Origin: an uncultured Nitrospiraceae bacterium
Lineage (GTDB): Bacteria; Nitrospirota; Nitrospiria; Nitrospirales; Nitrospiraceae
NCBI GenBank assembly: GCA_963846575.1
Contig: CAWJWJ010000002.1
Coordinates: forward strand, 1,952,001-2,016,000
Length of the DNA stretch: 64,000 nucleotides
Direction: 5' to 3'
Part shown: positions 51,059 to 61,860 of the stretch, piece after piece
How positions within the stretch are numbered: position 1 is the first letter of the stretch
Layout: each line of letters begins with the position of its first letter
Made by a program: the position numbers and the translations under genes
The notes under the pieces: generated by a model
What the model was told of the DNA's origin: nothing
Databases searched by the model: none
Seen by the model: the letters and a program-made list of their open reading frames with translations, nothing else

Positions 51059-52552
51059 CTAGAAGGTTCCTTTCCGACGCAGAGGCTGCCTCACACGGGC
51101 CACGATAAACCGGGTCGTCGAGGTGGTGGCGGCAAATCGGGCGTCAACTCGCTGTCCCACTATCCAGGCGATGCAGTCTCGCGACAGGACCAGCGGCATT
51201 CGTTCTCGCACAGATCGGCCCAGTTTTGCATCTGTGAAGTAATCTTGCAATTTCTTTCGGCGCCCGTTCATGCCCGTGGGACAAAACCAATCTCCTCGCC
51301 GCCAGGTTCGTATCCTCAACGGCAAAGCCAGTTGCTCGGCATCGAAGAGCGCCACAAGGGGAGAGGTGTTGTTCAGGAGGACCCGTCCCCGATCACAGGT
51401 CACTGTCCGGATACGAATGGACTCTCCGGTCATCGGCCATGAGGCCGTATATGGCAGAGAGGAGATGGTCACCTCCTGAAACGAAGAACCAATGGTGCCG
51501 TTTTCGGATTGATCTTCCACAACACGACCTGTTGGCCGGGATGAAGCAGTGGTCAGCCTTATCTGTTTCGGTTCAGACAGAATCTCCACCTTGCCGATCT
51601 TCCAGACTCCCCCGGACCGAGGAGAAGTCAGAGACGTCAGCAGCGACGTGATTTGATCACCTCGGGGAACTCCGAAGGATGATGACATCAAGCCCAAAGC
51701 CTGCCGCAGGATCCGACGCTGCAGCGCAACCGGTTGCTCGCACAGCGCACTTCGACCAAGAATGACTGTCGTCTCATTGCTCAATTGAACGACGCGTCTC
51801 AGCCGGCGCGCAGAGAGGGCGTCCAGAAGACGGTCATCGTCACGAATGATGTCGGCCTGGCGAGCTAACATCCGGACTGCACCGGGCGCCAGGGATGTTA
51901 TGACGGGGAGCAATTCATGCCGGACACGGTTACGAAGATACGCGGATTTGGCATTGCTGGAATCCACCCGGTAAGACAACCCTGCGGCTCCCAGATAGGA
52001 AAGGATTTCCTGTCGCGAGACAGCCAGTAATGGACGAATGAAGAGGCGCTCTCGAATATGCGGGATCCCGGACAGTCCGCGCAGTCCTGCCCCGCGCAGC
52101 ATCCGCAGCAGGACGGTTTCTGCTTGATCGTCTGCATTGTGCCCGAGCGCCACACGCGCTGCACCATGCCGGCCAGCCAGCTCCCGAAAGAGCCGATACC
52201 GGGCCTCCCGAGCACGTACTTGAAGTGAACTTGAAGCCCCGACCTCCCGTTGAGCCACCGCCACGGAGGTCACCACGCAGGGGATGCCTAGCCGTCTGCA
52301 GAGCGTCGTGACAAAATCCGCATCTCCATCGGATTCGGCGCCCCGCAAGCCGTAGTTGCAATGCACCACCCTCAGCGAAAGTTCCCATACAGGAGCCAGC
52401 GCGTGCAGAATCGATAGCAACGCCACAGAATCGGCTCCCCCCGAAACCGCCACCAGTATCGTCTGCCCTGGTAGCAGCAGTGCTCGTGCACGAATGGTTT
52501 TGGCCACCCGCCTGTGGAGCGGGTGGTAAAATACTGTCGGGGCAACCTTCAT
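51059..52552 (-). CDS. tilS: tRNA(Ile)-lysidine synthetase
   Basis: AVSGGADS, AREARY, HNADDQAET, RPLL, DSSN..YLRNRVR, KKLQDYF. Confidence 0.96.
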   Translation of the reverse strand: MKVAPTVFYHPLHRRVAKTIRARALLLPGQTILVAVSGGADSVALLSILHALAPVWELSLRVVHCNYGLRGAESDGDADFVTTLCRRLGIPCVVTSVAVAQREVGASSSLQVRAREARYRLFRELAGRHGAARVALGHNADDQAETVLLRMLRGAGLRGLSGIPHIRERLFIRPLLAVSRQEILSYLGAAGLSYRVDSSNAKSAYLRNRVRHELLPVITSLAPGAVRMLARQADIIRDDDRLLDALSARRLRRVVQLSNETTVILGRSALCEQPVALQRRILRQALGLMSSSFGVPRGDQITSLLTSLTSPRSGGVWKIGKVEILSEPKQIRLTTASSRPTGRVVEDQSENGTIGSSFQEVTISSLPYTASWPMTGESIRIRTVTCDRGRVLLNNTSPLVALFDAEQLALPLRIRTWRRGDWFCPTGMNGRRKKLQDYFTDAKLGRSVRERMPLVLSRDCIAWIVGQRVDARFAATTSTTRFIVARVRQPLRRKGTF

Positions 52553-52555
52553 GGC

Positions 52556-53521
52556 TCAAGCCCGGGGTGCTGTAATCGAGGGAGGGATAGCCGTCACCGC
52601 CTCACGAAGCTGCGCGCGAGTCATTTCTACATCCACCGCAATCTGACGCGTAAGGTCTTCGGCCGAAGCAAAAACCATATCCTCACGCACAAAACTAAGG
52701 AGTCGCACCCGGATCGACTCCCCGTAAAGTTCAAGCCGCTCGTCCAGAATCGATACTTCCAACAAACGTTCACCCGCGCCGAAGGTGGGTCTGGTCCCGA
52801 TATAGACGACGGAATCCAATAGACGCCCCTTCCAGGCAACCTGCGCGGCATAGACACCATCCGGTGGTAGGACTCGCCCCTCAGGAAGTCGCAAATTGGC
52901 GGTCGGCCAACCCAATTCCGTCCCCCGGTGCGCGCCGGAAATGACCGTCCCCTCGATGCTGTAGGGCCGTCCCAAAAAACGGATGGCCTTCCGGAGATCT
53001 CCAGACAGTATCAATTGGCGAATGCGGGTGGAACTGACGACCTCGTCCTCGATGATCACCGGAAACATCGGATGGACCCGAAACCCAAATTGGGCACCGA
53101 ATTCCAACAAGTCCGCGATGCGCCCCGCACGGTTTTTTCCAAAGGCGAAATGCTCGCCGACAAACAACTCTCGCGTGCCGATGCCATCACGGAGCACCTG
53201 CTTCGCAAATTCAGCCGGACTCAACCCGGCAAAGGTTGGCGTAAACTCGAGAAACACTACTTCATCGATGCCAGCCGCCTCAAAATGCGCTAACTTTTCC
53301 TCCGGAGTGGTCAAGAACTGGAGGTTCACGTGCGGTGCCAGGATCTTCACGGGGTGCGGATCGAAGGTGAGCACCACCGCCGTGCCGGCTTTCCGACGAG
53401 CCGTTTCTACGACCTGGCCCAAAAGGGACCGATGGCCGTAGTGATGGCCATCGAAATTCCCGATTGTGACAACTGCGTATGGTCTGGGCGTCGATGGGGT
53501 CAGGCCACGAGAAATCTTCAT
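52556..53521 (-). CDS. ribF: Bifunctional riboflavin kinase / FAD synthetase
   Basis: [30 protein letters not shown]. Confidence 0.96.
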   Translation of the reverse strand: MKISRGLTPSTPRPYAVVTIGNFDGHHYGHRSLLGQVVETARRKAGTAVVLTFDPHPVKILAPHVNLQFLTTPEEKLAHFEAAGIDEVVFLEFTPTFAGLSPAEFAKQVLRDGIGTRELFVGEHFAFGKNRAGRIADLLEFGAQFGFRVHPMFPVIIEDEVVSSTRIRQLILSGDLRKAIRFLGRPYSIEGTVISGAHRGTELGWPTANLRLPEGRVLPPDGVYAAQVAWKGRLLDSVVYIGTRPTFGAGERLLEVSILDERLELYGESIRVRLLSFVREDMVFASAEDLTRQIAVDVEMTRAQLREAVTAIPPSITAPRA

Positions 53522-54501
53522 GCTGGTCGTGACTGCAGCAGCCGAGCTGCCTCTTTTGCAAAGTAGGTCAAGATGATTTCAGCCCCGGCTCGTTTGATCG
53601 ACAGGAGCGATTCCAACATCGCACGGTGCTCGTCCAACCATCCGGCTTGGGCAGCCGCTTTGATCATGCTGTATTCCCCGCTCACCTGGTAGGCGGCGAT
53701 CGGCAGAAGCGTACGCTGACGCGCGGCGGCGATCACATCCAAATACGGCATGGCCGGCTTTACCATGACGATATCGGCCCCTTCCTCGATATCCAGGTCG
53801 ATCTCCCGCAAAGCCTCTCGTTTGTTGGCCGGATCCATTTGATAGGATTGCCGGTCCCCGAACTGTGGACTGGAATGCGCCGCATCTCGAAAGGGCGCGT
53901 AAAAACATGAGGCGAATTTCGCCGCATAGGCCATGATGGGAATGTCCTCAAATCCGGCCCGGTCCAGTTCGTCACGAATCGCGGCGACCCTCCCGTCCAT
54001 CATATCGGACGGTGCTACCATGTCCGCCCCCGCCTCCGCATGAGTCCGTGCCATGGCCCGGAGACAATCCAGCGTTTCGTCATTGAGAATCTTTCCCTCG
54101 CGAACAATGCCGCAATGGCCATGGCTCGTATACTCATCAATGCAGACATCGGTAATCAGCACGAGGTCGGGCACTTCTCGCTTAAGCCGGCGAAGGGCAC
54201 GCTGCACAATCCCGTCGGGATCCACGCCCGAACTGCCCCGTTCGTCCTTCAGATCCGGTATTCCGAACAGGATGATGGCAGGAATTCCCAGCGCCTTCAC
54301 GTCGAGCGCTTCTTTCACCAGCAGGTCGATAGACAGTCTTGCCTGACCCGGCATGGATGCGATTGGCTCGCGACGCCCCTCTCCTTCTGTGACGAAAGCC
54401 GGATAAATGAAGTCGCTTGGAGTCAGCGCGGTCTCCCGGACCATCCGTCGTAGAAGCTCTTTCTCGCGCAAACGGCGCAAACGCTGAATCGGAAAGGCCA
54501 T
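53518..54501 (-). CDS. hemB: Porphobilinogen synthase
   Basis: [34 protein letters not shown]. Confidence 0.98.
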   Translation of the reverse strand: MAFPIQRLRRLREKELLRRMVRETALTPSDFIYPAFVTEGEGRREPIASMPGQARLSIDLLVKEALDVKALGIPAIILFGIPDLKDERGSSGVDPDGIVQRALRRLKREVPDLVLITDVCIDEYTSHGHCGIVREGKILNDETLDCLRAMARTHAEAGADMVAPSDMMDGRVAAIRDELDRAGFEDIPIMAYAAKFASCFYAPFRDAAHSSPQFGDRQSYQMDPANKREALREIDLDIEEGADIVMVKPAMPYLDVIAAARQRTLLPIAAYQVSGEYSMIKAAAQAGWLDEHRAMLESLLSIKRAGAEIILTYFAKEAARLLQSRPA

Positions 54502-54507
54502 GTCCGC

Positions 54508-54900
54508 TCACTTCCTCGGTAGATTGGTCAGGAAAACCACAAGATCACGCACTGAAATCATGCCGACGAGATGCCCATCCCTGGTCACCCCGAGATGCCG
54601 CAAATGCGTCTGCGCCATGAGATCATTCGCATCCAATAACGTCTTGTGTTCTTCAATCGTGACGAGCGGCGCGGACATGATCTGTTCGACGGTCGTCTTG
54701 GTCGTGTCGGCGCCCGTAGCCACCACCCGCCGCACCATGTCGGTATCTGTGATGATGCCGATCACGTCCTTGCCATTCGTGACAAAGAGGCTACCGATGT
54801 TACGGTCGCGCATGAGCCGTCCGGCCGTGCGCACATCGATATCCCGTTCGACCGTGATGAACTTATCCTTGGGAACCATGAATGACTTAACAGGAACCAT
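54508..54900 (-). CDS. Stand-alone CBS-pair domain protein
   Basis: LMRDRNIGSLFV..GIITDTD and LMAQTHLRHLGV..GMISVRD. Confidence 0.88.
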   Translation of the reverse strand: MVPVKSFMVPKDKFITVERDIDVRTAGRLMRDRNIGSLFVTNGKDVIGIITDTDMVRRVVATGADTTKTTVEQIMSAPLVTIEEHKTLLDANDLMAQTHLRHLGVTRDGHLVGMISVRDLVVFLTNLPRK

Positions 54901-54960
54901 GCCGTGTCCTCCTTCTAGGTAACGAACATCTTTCCGCTCACCGCTCTCCGTTCCACGACG

Positions 54961-56517
54961 TCATAGAGTGACGGTCCGGGCAGTGGCCATATTCGCCACA
55001 TGGTCCACGATGGCCTCCGCCAGTGAGGGAATTGTATTCTGGGCGGCCATCAGGTGCACCTGCAGACCGGCCTCCCTGGCGGTAGCCGCGGTGATAGGGC
55101 CGATACAGGCGATCACAGTTTCCCCGACCAGCCGTACCAGCTCTTCCTTCGACGAAAACAACTCCACAAAGTTTCGTACCGTCGAGGAACTCGTAAAAGA
55201 AATCATATCGATGGCGCGTGTGCGCAGGTCCTCGACCAGGCGATCCGTTGCAATGGCCGGCCGGACCGTCCGATAGACCGGCACCACATCCACAATCGCG
55301 CCGCGGGTGCGCAATTGATCAGGAAGTATTTCGCGCGCCACTAAGGCGCGCGGGATCAGGATCTGGGCGCCGCGGAGCGCATGCCGGTCGAGCGCCGCAA
55401 GAATCCCTTCCGCCTGAAACTGCTCCGGAATGACGTCGGCGCGCAAGCCGTACTCCGAAAGAGCTTGCGCCGTGCGGGGCCCGATGCAACACATGGTGAG
55501 ACCGGCTAACGCCCGGACGTCACGATGGCTGTCCATCAGTCGCGTCATGAACGGAGTGACCCCATTCACACTGGTGAAGATCAGCCACCGGTAAGTCGAC
55601 AGACGTGCCAGAGCTTGGTCGAGCGGACCCCAATCGTCAGGGGGCGCGATCTCGATCGTCGGACATTCCACTGCTTCCCCACCGGCGGCCGCAATCAGAT
55701 CAGAGAACGCGGGTGCCTGCAGCCTGGGCCGCGTTACCAGGATACGTTTGCCGAACAGGGGCCGTCGCTCGAACCAGTTCAGCTGCTCTCTTAAACGCAC
55801 CACCTCGCCGACGACGATCACGGTGGGAGGTTCCATGTGAGCCGCTGTCGCTTTCTCCACAATATCGTCCAGGGTGCCTACAATAGTCTGTTGTGCCACG
55901 CGGGTGCCCCAGCGAATCACCGCGGAGGGTGTGGATCCTGCTTTCCCTTCTGCGCGTAGACACTGAACAATCTTCGGCAAATTGGTCATCCCCATGAGAA
56001 ACACCAGTGTGCCGTGGACGGTGGCCAGACGTGTCCATTCCACTGCACTGCGCTCTTTTTGGGGATCTTCATGACCGGTGACAAACGTCACGGTGGAAGC
56101 CAGGGTGCGATGGGTCACCGGAATGCCCGCATAGGCGGGCGCTGCAACCGCAGCCGTCACTCCCGGCACCACTTCAAACTCCAGACCTGCGGCCGCGACA
56201 GCTTCCGCTTCTTCCCCGCCCCGTCCGAACACGAATGGATCGCCGCCTTTCAGACGGACCACGCACTTTCCCGCCTGCGCATGGTCAATGAGCAGGCGAT
56301 TAATTTCCGACTGATCACGATAATGGCCTCGGCCCCGGCGGCCTACATAGAGCCGCTCGGCTTGAGGGGAGAGATGACTCAGCAACGCTTCATTCGCGAG
56401 GTAATCGTACAAGACGACGTCGGCCTGCTCAAGGCACTCCTTACCGCGCAACGTCAGCAGCTTGGGATCCCCAGGCCCGGCACCTACCAGATAGACTGTT
56501 CCCTTTTGCGTGGTCAT
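54961..56517 (-). CDS. cobA: Uroporphyrinogen-III C-methyltransferase / uroporphyrinogen-III synthase fusion (CobA-HemD)
   Basis: LVGAGPGDP, RLKGGDPFVFGRGGEE; then ILVTRP, FTSVNGV, IGPRTA, FTSSSTV. Confidence 0.95.
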   Translation of the reverse strand: MTTQKGTVYLVGAGPGDPKLLTLRGKECLEQADVVLYDYLANEALLSHLSPQAERLYVGRRGRGHYRDQSEINRLLIDHAQAGKCVVRLKGGDPFVFGRGGEEAEAVAAAGLEFEVVPGVTAAVAAPAYAGIPVTHRTLASTVTFVTGHEDPQKERSAVEWTRLATVHGTLVFLMGMTNLPKIVQCLRAEGKAGSTPSAVIRWGTRVAQQTIVGTLDDIVEKATAAHMEPPTVIVVGEVVRLREQLNWFERRPLFGKRILVTRPRLQAPAFSDLIAAAGGEAVECPTIEIAPPDDWGPLDQALARLSTYRWLIFTSVNGVTPFMTRLMDSHRDVRALAGLTMCCIGPRTAQALSEYGLRADVIPEQFQAEGILAALDRHALRGAQILIPRALVAREILPDQLRTRGAIVDVVPVYRTVRPAIATDRLVEDLRTRAIDMISFTSSSTVRNFVELFSSKEELVRLVGETVIACIGPITAATAREAGLQVHLMAAQNTIPSLAEAIVDHVANMATARTVTL

Positions 56518-56520
56518 GAA

Positions 56521-57453
56521 TCAGGCCTGCCCGTAAATCTCCTTGAGAATGATATCCGCGCCCTCCGCGAGCAGGCGCTCGGCCAAACGGGTTCCCAGGT
56601 GGCTGGCCTCCGTCGAGGCGCCCGTCACTCGGTGGCGAATGATTCGCCGTCCATCCACGCTGGCGACGAGACCATCGAGCGTGAGGAATTCTCCCTCCAG
56701 AACGGCATGAGCCGCGATGGGCACCTGACATCCTCCTTCGAGGCGGTGAAGTAAGGCGCGCTCGGCCGTAACTGTGATACGCGTCGGCGGATGTTCGAAA
56801 CGACCTAGCAGTTCACGCACGAAAATGTCGTCACCACGCGCTTCAATACCAAGTGCGCCCTGAGCAATGGCCGGCAGACTAATGTCAACCGGCAGACTTT
56901 CGGTGATTTCTTTTTCCCAACCGAGCCGCCTTAATCCCGCCGCGGCTAGGACAATGGCATCAAACCGCCCTTCACGCAGTTTTCTCAGTCGCGTGTCCAG
57001 ATTCCCCCGGAGCATCTCAATGGTAAAGTCGGGTCGGTATTGGAGAAGTTGGGCTTGCCTGCGCAGGCTGCTGGTGCCGATTTTCGCGCCTTCCTTCAAC
57101 TGATCCAGCCCACATCCGTCATGGGTGATCAGGGCATCTCGCGGATCTTCACGAGGAGGAATGCACAAAATCTCAAGCCCTTCCGGTAACGCGGTCGGCA
57201 CGTCTTTCATGCTGTGCACGGCCAGGTCGATCTCCCCACTTAACAGGGCGTCTTCGATCTCCTTTACGAACAGACCCTTCCCGCCGATCTTTGCAAGCGG
57301 AACATCCAAAATCTTATCGCCTGATGTCTGGATGCGTTTCAGGGAGATGGTAAGCCCCGGTGCTAATTCCTGGAGACGGGCCTGAACCCATTGACTCTGA
57401 TGCACAGCCAATTTGCTTCCGCGAGTGCCCAGGATAAGGGTGGAGCGACTCAT
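56521..57453 (-). CDS. hemC: Hydroxymethylbilane synthase
   Basis: GTRGSKLA, GKGLFVKE, VHSMKD, GTSSLRR, LEGGCQVP. Confidence 0.98.
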   Translation of the reverse strand: MSRSTLILGTRGSKLAVHQSQWVQARLQELAPGLTISLKRIQTSGDKILDVPLAKIGGKGLFVKEIEDALLSGEIDLAVHSMKDVPTALPEGLEILCIPPREDPRDALITHDGCGLDQLKEGAKIGTSSLRRQAQLLQYRPDFTIEMLRGNLDTRLRKLREGRFDAIVLAAAGLRRLGWEKEITESLPVDISLPAIAQGALGIEARGDDIFVRELLGRFEHPPTRITVTAERALLHRLEGGCQVPIAAHAVLEGEFLTLDGLVASVDGRRIIRHRVTGASTEASHLGTRLAERLLAEGADIILKEIYGQA

Positions 57454-57540
57454 GAAAGAGCACGACAGAGTCGTCGATCGACGGCTCCCTGGCTGGCCTG
57501 GCTAAACTCGTTACTCATACGTCCTTTTACTCCCACTTCA

Positions 57541-58947
57541 TTAGCTCACGCGCCGGCCACGCTCTTTCGTCGTCTGTTCCACCAGCGATGTGTCAGCCAG
57601 CCGACCGGCCCCATTGGCTGCCATTTTTCCCTGTTGTGCATTCGAAACTTCCGCCTGTCCCGCCGAGTCTCCGGCCTGAGATTCTTCAAGATTGAAGAAT
57701 CGGCGCGCCGCGTCAACATAGGCCGCTCCGCCTGCTGATCTCGCCTCCGCTTTCAGCGTGACCATCGTGCCGTGCACCATCTTGTTAATAATGGCAGCGG
57801 CCATCGATTCGACGACGGCTCGGTCCTCCGGTGAGAGGTGTCCCAACCGCGACATGATCTTATCCACCTCGCGACGTTTGATATCCTCTGTTCTGGTCCG
57901 CAACGCAACAATGGTTGGCGTCACCTCGAGTGATTGTAACCACTGTCCAAGGACGGCCACCTCCTCGACTACCATCTGCTCGGCTTTCGCCGCTTCACGC
58001 AACCGATCTTCGCGATTTTGCTCCACGCGCATGTGCAGGTCATCGATATCAAACAGAAATGCGTCGTCGATCGGACGAACGGCGGGATCGATGTTTCTGG
58101 GTACGGATATATCGATCAAGAACATCGGGCGACTCATCCGTTGTCTCATCGCACGCTGTACGTCGTCGGGGCTGATCAGATAGTGCGACGCTCCGGTGGA
58201 CACGAGGACGATGTCAGCCCCCGCCAACTCCGTCTTGTAATCGTCGAACGGCACTGCGGTCCCATTGAACCGTTGGGCCAATTCCAAACCATGCTGGAAA
58301 TTCCGGGTGGTGATACGCACCTGCTGCACGCCGTTGGCAATCAGATGGCGCGCCGCCAGCTTGGCCATTTCCCCCGCTCCAATTAGCAAAACCGTTTTCT
58401 CACTTAAGTTTGAGAAAATCTTCTTGGCAAGTTCGACGGCCGCATAACTCACGGACACGGCCGTTTCAGCGATCTTGGTTTCGGTACGCACGCGCTTCGC
58501 CACCGAGATGGCTTTCTTTACGACCTTATTGAGGAGCAAGCCGGAGGCTTTGTGGGTCAGAGCTACCTCGAAGGCATCCTTGATTTGTCCGAGAATCTGA
58601 GACTCGCCAATGATCATCGAGTCGAGACTAGCGGCCACACGGAAGAGATGCCCGATGGCACGGTCGCCTGCATGCCAGTAGAGATGTGGTGTCAAATGTT
58701 CAGAAGAAAGAGACAAATGGGTGTCGGCCAAAAATTCCTGCACACGGCCGTACCCACTTTCCAGGTCCTCGACAACAGCGTAGACTTCCACCCGATTGCA
58801 AGTAGAGAGTAGCAGCCCTTCACGCACTCCCGGATAAGCACAGAGCCGGCTCAAGGCTTCCCTGAGCCGGCTTTCTGGAACCGCGAGTTTCTCGCGAATC
58901 TCAACCGGTGCGGTCTTGTGGCTTAACCCGACGACAATGATGTGCAT
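57541..58947 (-). CDS. hemA: Glutamyl-tRNA reductase
   Basis: GLSHKTAPVEIRE, STCNRVE, GESQILGQ, GAGEM, DISVPRNI. Confidence 0.98.
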   Translation of the reverse strand: MHIIVVGLSHKTAPVEIREKLAVPESRLREALSRLCAYPGVREGLLLSTCNRVEVYAVVEDLESGYGRVQEFLADTHLSLSSEHLTPHLYWHAGDRAIGHLFRVAASLDSMIIGESQILGQIKDAFEVALTHKASGLLLNKVVKKAISVAKRVRTETKIAETAVSVSYAAVELAKKIFSNLSEKTVLLIGAGEMAKLAARHLIANGVQQVRITTRNFQHGLELAQRFNGTAVPFDDYKTELAGADIVLVSTGASHYLISPDDVQRAMRQRMSRPMFLIDISVPRNIDPAVRPIDDAFLFDIDDLHMRVEQNREDRLREAAKAEQMVVEEVAVLGQWLQSLEVTPTIVALRTRTEDIKRREVDKIMSRLGHLSPEDRAVVESMAAAIINKMVHGTMVTLKAEARSAGGAAYVDAARRFFNLEESQAGDSAGQAEVSNAQQGKMAANGAGRLADTSLVEQTTKERGRRVS

Positions 58948-58948
58948 C

Positions 58949-59755
58949 TCAGGACACCGTCCCGTGACTTTTCAGAACTACTCCGATCAGCGTGAGAATC
59001 ACGCCGGCAAAGCCGATGATCGTCAGATAGGCAGCACGCTTGGCACGCCATCCAATCGTAAGTCGACCAACCAGGACAGCAAAATAGAATCCCCACGTCA
59101 CCATGGCCCACGTCTGCTCGGGATTCCAGTTCACATAGGTGCCGCGGACGATCTCGGCAGAAAAGGCCCCACTGATGATTCCCAGGGTGAGTAGCGGGAA
59201 ACCCATGACGATGGATTGTTGGTTCAAATGGTCAAGGTAGTCCAGAGCGGGCAGTTTCGCATAGAGCACATTAAAGCGCTTGGACTTGAGAAGGCCATCT
59301 TGAATGAGATACATGACTCCCGCGACGAAGGCGACGGCGAACCCCACCGTGCCCAACATACTGAGGGTCACGTGGACCCAAAGGGTCTTGAACACGGGCT
59401 GGAGACTGGAGGCCGCGTCCGAACGAAACGCGGCGGCAGTCACCAGTGATACAAGGGCAAGCGGCACAATAAAGGAGCCCAGGACGTGCAACTGCCGACG
59501 AAACTCGACGGCCAGAAAAACAAGAATGAGCATCCAGGAAAAAAATGACAATGCTTCGTGAAAGGTCGGGAGTTGCGTCTGTCCGGTATCCGCCATTCTG
59601 GCTACGAGCGCCACCGTATGCGTAGCAAACCCCACTGCGGTGATCCCGAGTGACACCTTTGACAGGCTTTCCGCACGACGAAGCAGATAGGCAAGGTAAC
59701 AGACCGTGCTCGCGAAATAGAGCGCCATCGTGAGCATGAAAAAGACCGAAGACAT
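58949..59755 (-). CDS. ccsA: Cytochrome c assembly family (CcsA/HemX/YpjD-like) membrane protein
   Basis: About 8 TM helices, WVHV, GFPLLTLGIISG, WNPEQTWAMVTW (WWD-like); directly upstream of hemA. Confidence 0.85.
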   Translation of the reverse strand: MSSVFFMLTMALYFASTVCYLAYLLRRAESLSKVSLGITAVGFATHTVALVARMADTGQTQLPTFHEALSFFSWMLILVFLAVEFRRQLHVLGSFIVPLALVSLVTAAAFRSDAASSLQPVFKTLWVHVTLSMLGTVGFAVAFVAGVMYLIQDGLLKSKRFNVLYAKLPALDYLDHLNQQSIVMGFPLLTLGIISGAFSAEIVRGTYVNWNPEQTWAMVTWGFYFAVLVGRLTIGWRAKRAAYLTIIGFAGVILTLIGVVLKSHGTVS

Positions 59756-59808
59756 TTCGACCTATCCTCGCAACATTTCTCAACAAAGCCGATTTTTTGG
59801 AACTGGAA

Positions 59809-59838
59809 ATTATATCGATGCGACCAGAACAGAGTCAA
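59809..59838 (-). promoter_or_regulatory. Sigma70 promoter of the ccsA-hem operon
   Basis: TTGACT-N18-TATAAT, overlapping the 5' end of the divergent rsmI-like gene. Confidence 0.6.
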
Positions 59839-60564
59839 GGAAAGCACGCTCATCCAAGCGGTCTACCAGGAACGCTTTTTATTGTCGGCGTATCCATCGG
59901 ACACCCTGACGATCTTACAATCCGTGCACTCGCGACATTGCGGCAGGTTGGCCTGGTGGCAACCAAGAATCCCCGCATCACTCAAGCCTTACTGGCACAT
60001 CACGGCATTCGTACTACGTTGACCACATATGATCGAGCCAATGCGGCCGACAAAACGCCGATTCTTCTAGCTCGTCTCATGCAGGGCACACATGTCGCCC
60101 TGGTATCCGACTGTGGAATGCCTCTCGTGTATGACCCCGGCCGATTACTTATCAATGCAGCGGCAGCTTCACAGATTTCAATCGAGGTTATTCCGGGTCC
60201 TTCAGCGGTCGTCGCAGCGGTAGCTCTGGCTGGAATGGATAGCAATGCCTTCATCTTCGAAGGGCGCTGGTCAGGAGAGACACGAACCATCATCCGTCGG
60301 CTAGATTCGTTGAAGGCCGAGTCCCGCACGATGATTTTATTTCCACCGCGGCTGGGCATTCGAAAGATGCTCACACTACTCGTGAATGTTTTGGGTAACC
60401 GACGAATCGTCGCGGCGGCCGACCTCACTCATGAGACTCAGCGGGTCGTGCGGGGACGAGTTCGGGAGATCCTGACACACTATCCGTTTGACGACGAAAT
60501 GAAGCAAGTGACACTAATTGTGGAGGGCCGGAGGACAGGGAAGGGGAAGCCGAGGATTGTGTAA
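59818..60564 (+). CDS. rsmI: 16S rRNA (cytidine1402-2'-O)-methyltransferase RsmI-like
   Basis: GTLFIVGVSIGHPDDLTIRAL, ALVSDCGMPLVYDPG, IPGPSA; several canonical positions diverge (ATKNPR in place of AAEDTR). Confidence 0.8.
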   Translation: MRPEQSQGKHAHPSGLPGTLFIVGVSIGHPDDLTIRALATLRQVGLVATKNPRITQALLAHHGIRTTLTTYDRANAADKTPILLARLMQGTHVALVSDCGMPLVYDPGRLLINAAAASQISIEVIPGPSAVVAAVALAGMDSNAFIFEGRWSGETRTIIRRLDSLKAESRTMILFPPRLGIRKMLTLLVNVLGNRRIVAAADLTHETQRVVRGRVREILTHYPFDDEMKQVTLIVEGRRTGKGKPRIV

Positions 60565-60567
60565 GAC

Positions 60568-60828
60568 CTACTCGTCAATCCGCTTTCTTATTATGACACG
60601 GTACGATTGATCGGTTCGTTCTTGCGACAAAACATCATGCCCATCGGCACTGACACTTCGCGGAACATTCCGAATGGGGTCGCCCTCATCTAAGTGTATT
60701 AACAGCAGCTGACCGGGGGCCATGGTTTCGAGTTTCAGCTTGGTCTTTACAAAATTGTAGGGGCAAATGACTCCGCGGAGATCCAACTCTTCGTCCGCAG
60801 TATGGATGTGCACCGAAGTTTCAGACAT
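60568..60828 (-). CDS. TusA/SirA-family sulfurtransferase
   Basis: LDLRGVICPYNFVKTKLKLE..GQLL...D; start MSETS at 60828. Confidence 0.9.
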   Translation of the reverse strand: MSETSVHIHTADEELDLRGVICPYNFVKTKLKLETMAPGQLLLIHLDEGDPIRNVPRSVSADGHDVLSQERTDQSYRVIIRKRIDE

Positions 60829-60912
60829 GTCAATTCCTGTGTGAATGTTGCCGGATGTTATCAGGCGATCCCTGAACATTACAACAGGCCTTCAGGGCGG
60901 CCTAGACAAATG

Positions 60913-60945
60913 AAAAGCGGGGTGCCTCCGTAGAAGCACCCCGCT
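60913..60945 (-). terminator. Intrinsic terminator of the secreted hypothetical gene
   Basis: Minus strand AGCGGGGTGCTTC-TACG-GAGGCACCCCGCT followed by TTTCATTT; cUACGg tetraloop. Confidence 0.85.
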
Positions 60946-60981
60946 CTTAATCCACCAGCCACTCCGTAGCGGCTTATGATT

Positions 60982-61764
60982 TTAGTTACTCAAGCCCTTC
61001 TGCAAATTCGGCTTGGCACCGTCGGTCCCATAGTCGGACTTGTTCTGGACTTTAGTTTCGGGAGCGATGGTCTGATAACCCCATCCCGGCTGCGGTTCGC
61101 AATTCCAGCAGGGCGCGGCCCCTGTAAATTCACCGACCGAGGTGGTAACCACACCTGACGTAACCGTTCCCGGGAGCACGCTGCCGACCGGCGCACCGGA
61201 AACACTGCCGGAATTCGTATCAATTCCCCGCTCGTTCACTGGGCTCGGACGTTGCCCGAGGCCGCCGAATCCAGCCAACTTTTCGTTACCGCGGAACAGG
61301 TAAATTTCACGGACGAGCTTACGCCCGCTTCCGTAAACGCCCTGGTCTGCCCTCTCGTTTGGCGCCTCAACCACCTGAACAGAAATATCATCACCGGAGT
61401 TCAAGCCCTTAATTTGGTCCATGTTTGTCTGTGCATCAAAATACAGCGTCAAGGAGGACATGGCACCAGTCCCTGCACGACCTTCATCGTGCGAACTTCC
61501 ACCGGTTTCCAGGTGTAGCTTGTGGCCAGGAACATCAATCGCAAGCACGCGGCCAAACACGGTTTCTGCCTGACCCAGCCGATCGATAAAGGCGGTCCGG
61601 TCAAACGCTGCGGTACGACCTGAGTTACCCGAGACATCCCCGACTCCGGTGCCGACACCGAATCCGGATCCTGACGAGGACTGCGGCAAACGCTCTTGAG
61701 CGCCTGCAACACCAACGGAGCTGATGAAAAGCACCGCAGCTCCAAGTGCCAACACGTTACGCAT
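60982..61764 (-). CDS. Exported protein of unknown function (possible OB-fold-like core, C-terminal CxxC)
   Basis: Start MRNVLALGAAVLFISSVGVAGA-QE at 61764 with AAGGAGG RBS; Gly/Ser-rich linkers; APCWNCEP. Confidence 0.8.
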   Translation of the reverse strand: MRNVLALGAAVLFISSVGVAGAQERLPQSSSGSGFGVGTGVGDVSGNSGRTAAFDRTAFIDRLGQAETVFGRVLAIDVPGHKLHLETGGSSHDEGRAGTGAMSSLTLYFDAQTNMDQIKGLNSGDDISVQVVEAPNERADQGVYGSGRKLVREIYLFRGNEKLAGFGGLGQRPSPVNERGIDTNSGSVSGAPVGSVLPGTVTSGVVTTSVGEFTGAAPCWNCEPQPGWGYQTIAPETKVQNKSDYGTDGAKPNLQKGLSN

Positions 61765-61860
61765 GTGCTGCCTCCTTAGTGAGATGGAATTGATAAGAGA
61801 GTTGATGATGGACGGCGATAAACTAAACTGGTCATAGTAGTTCCAGACAAATTCGCGCGC

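Noticed and set aside
46176..52552. tilS-hpt-ftsH-folP-glmM gene order as a novelty
   Set aside because: This is a widely conserved housekeeping arrangement.
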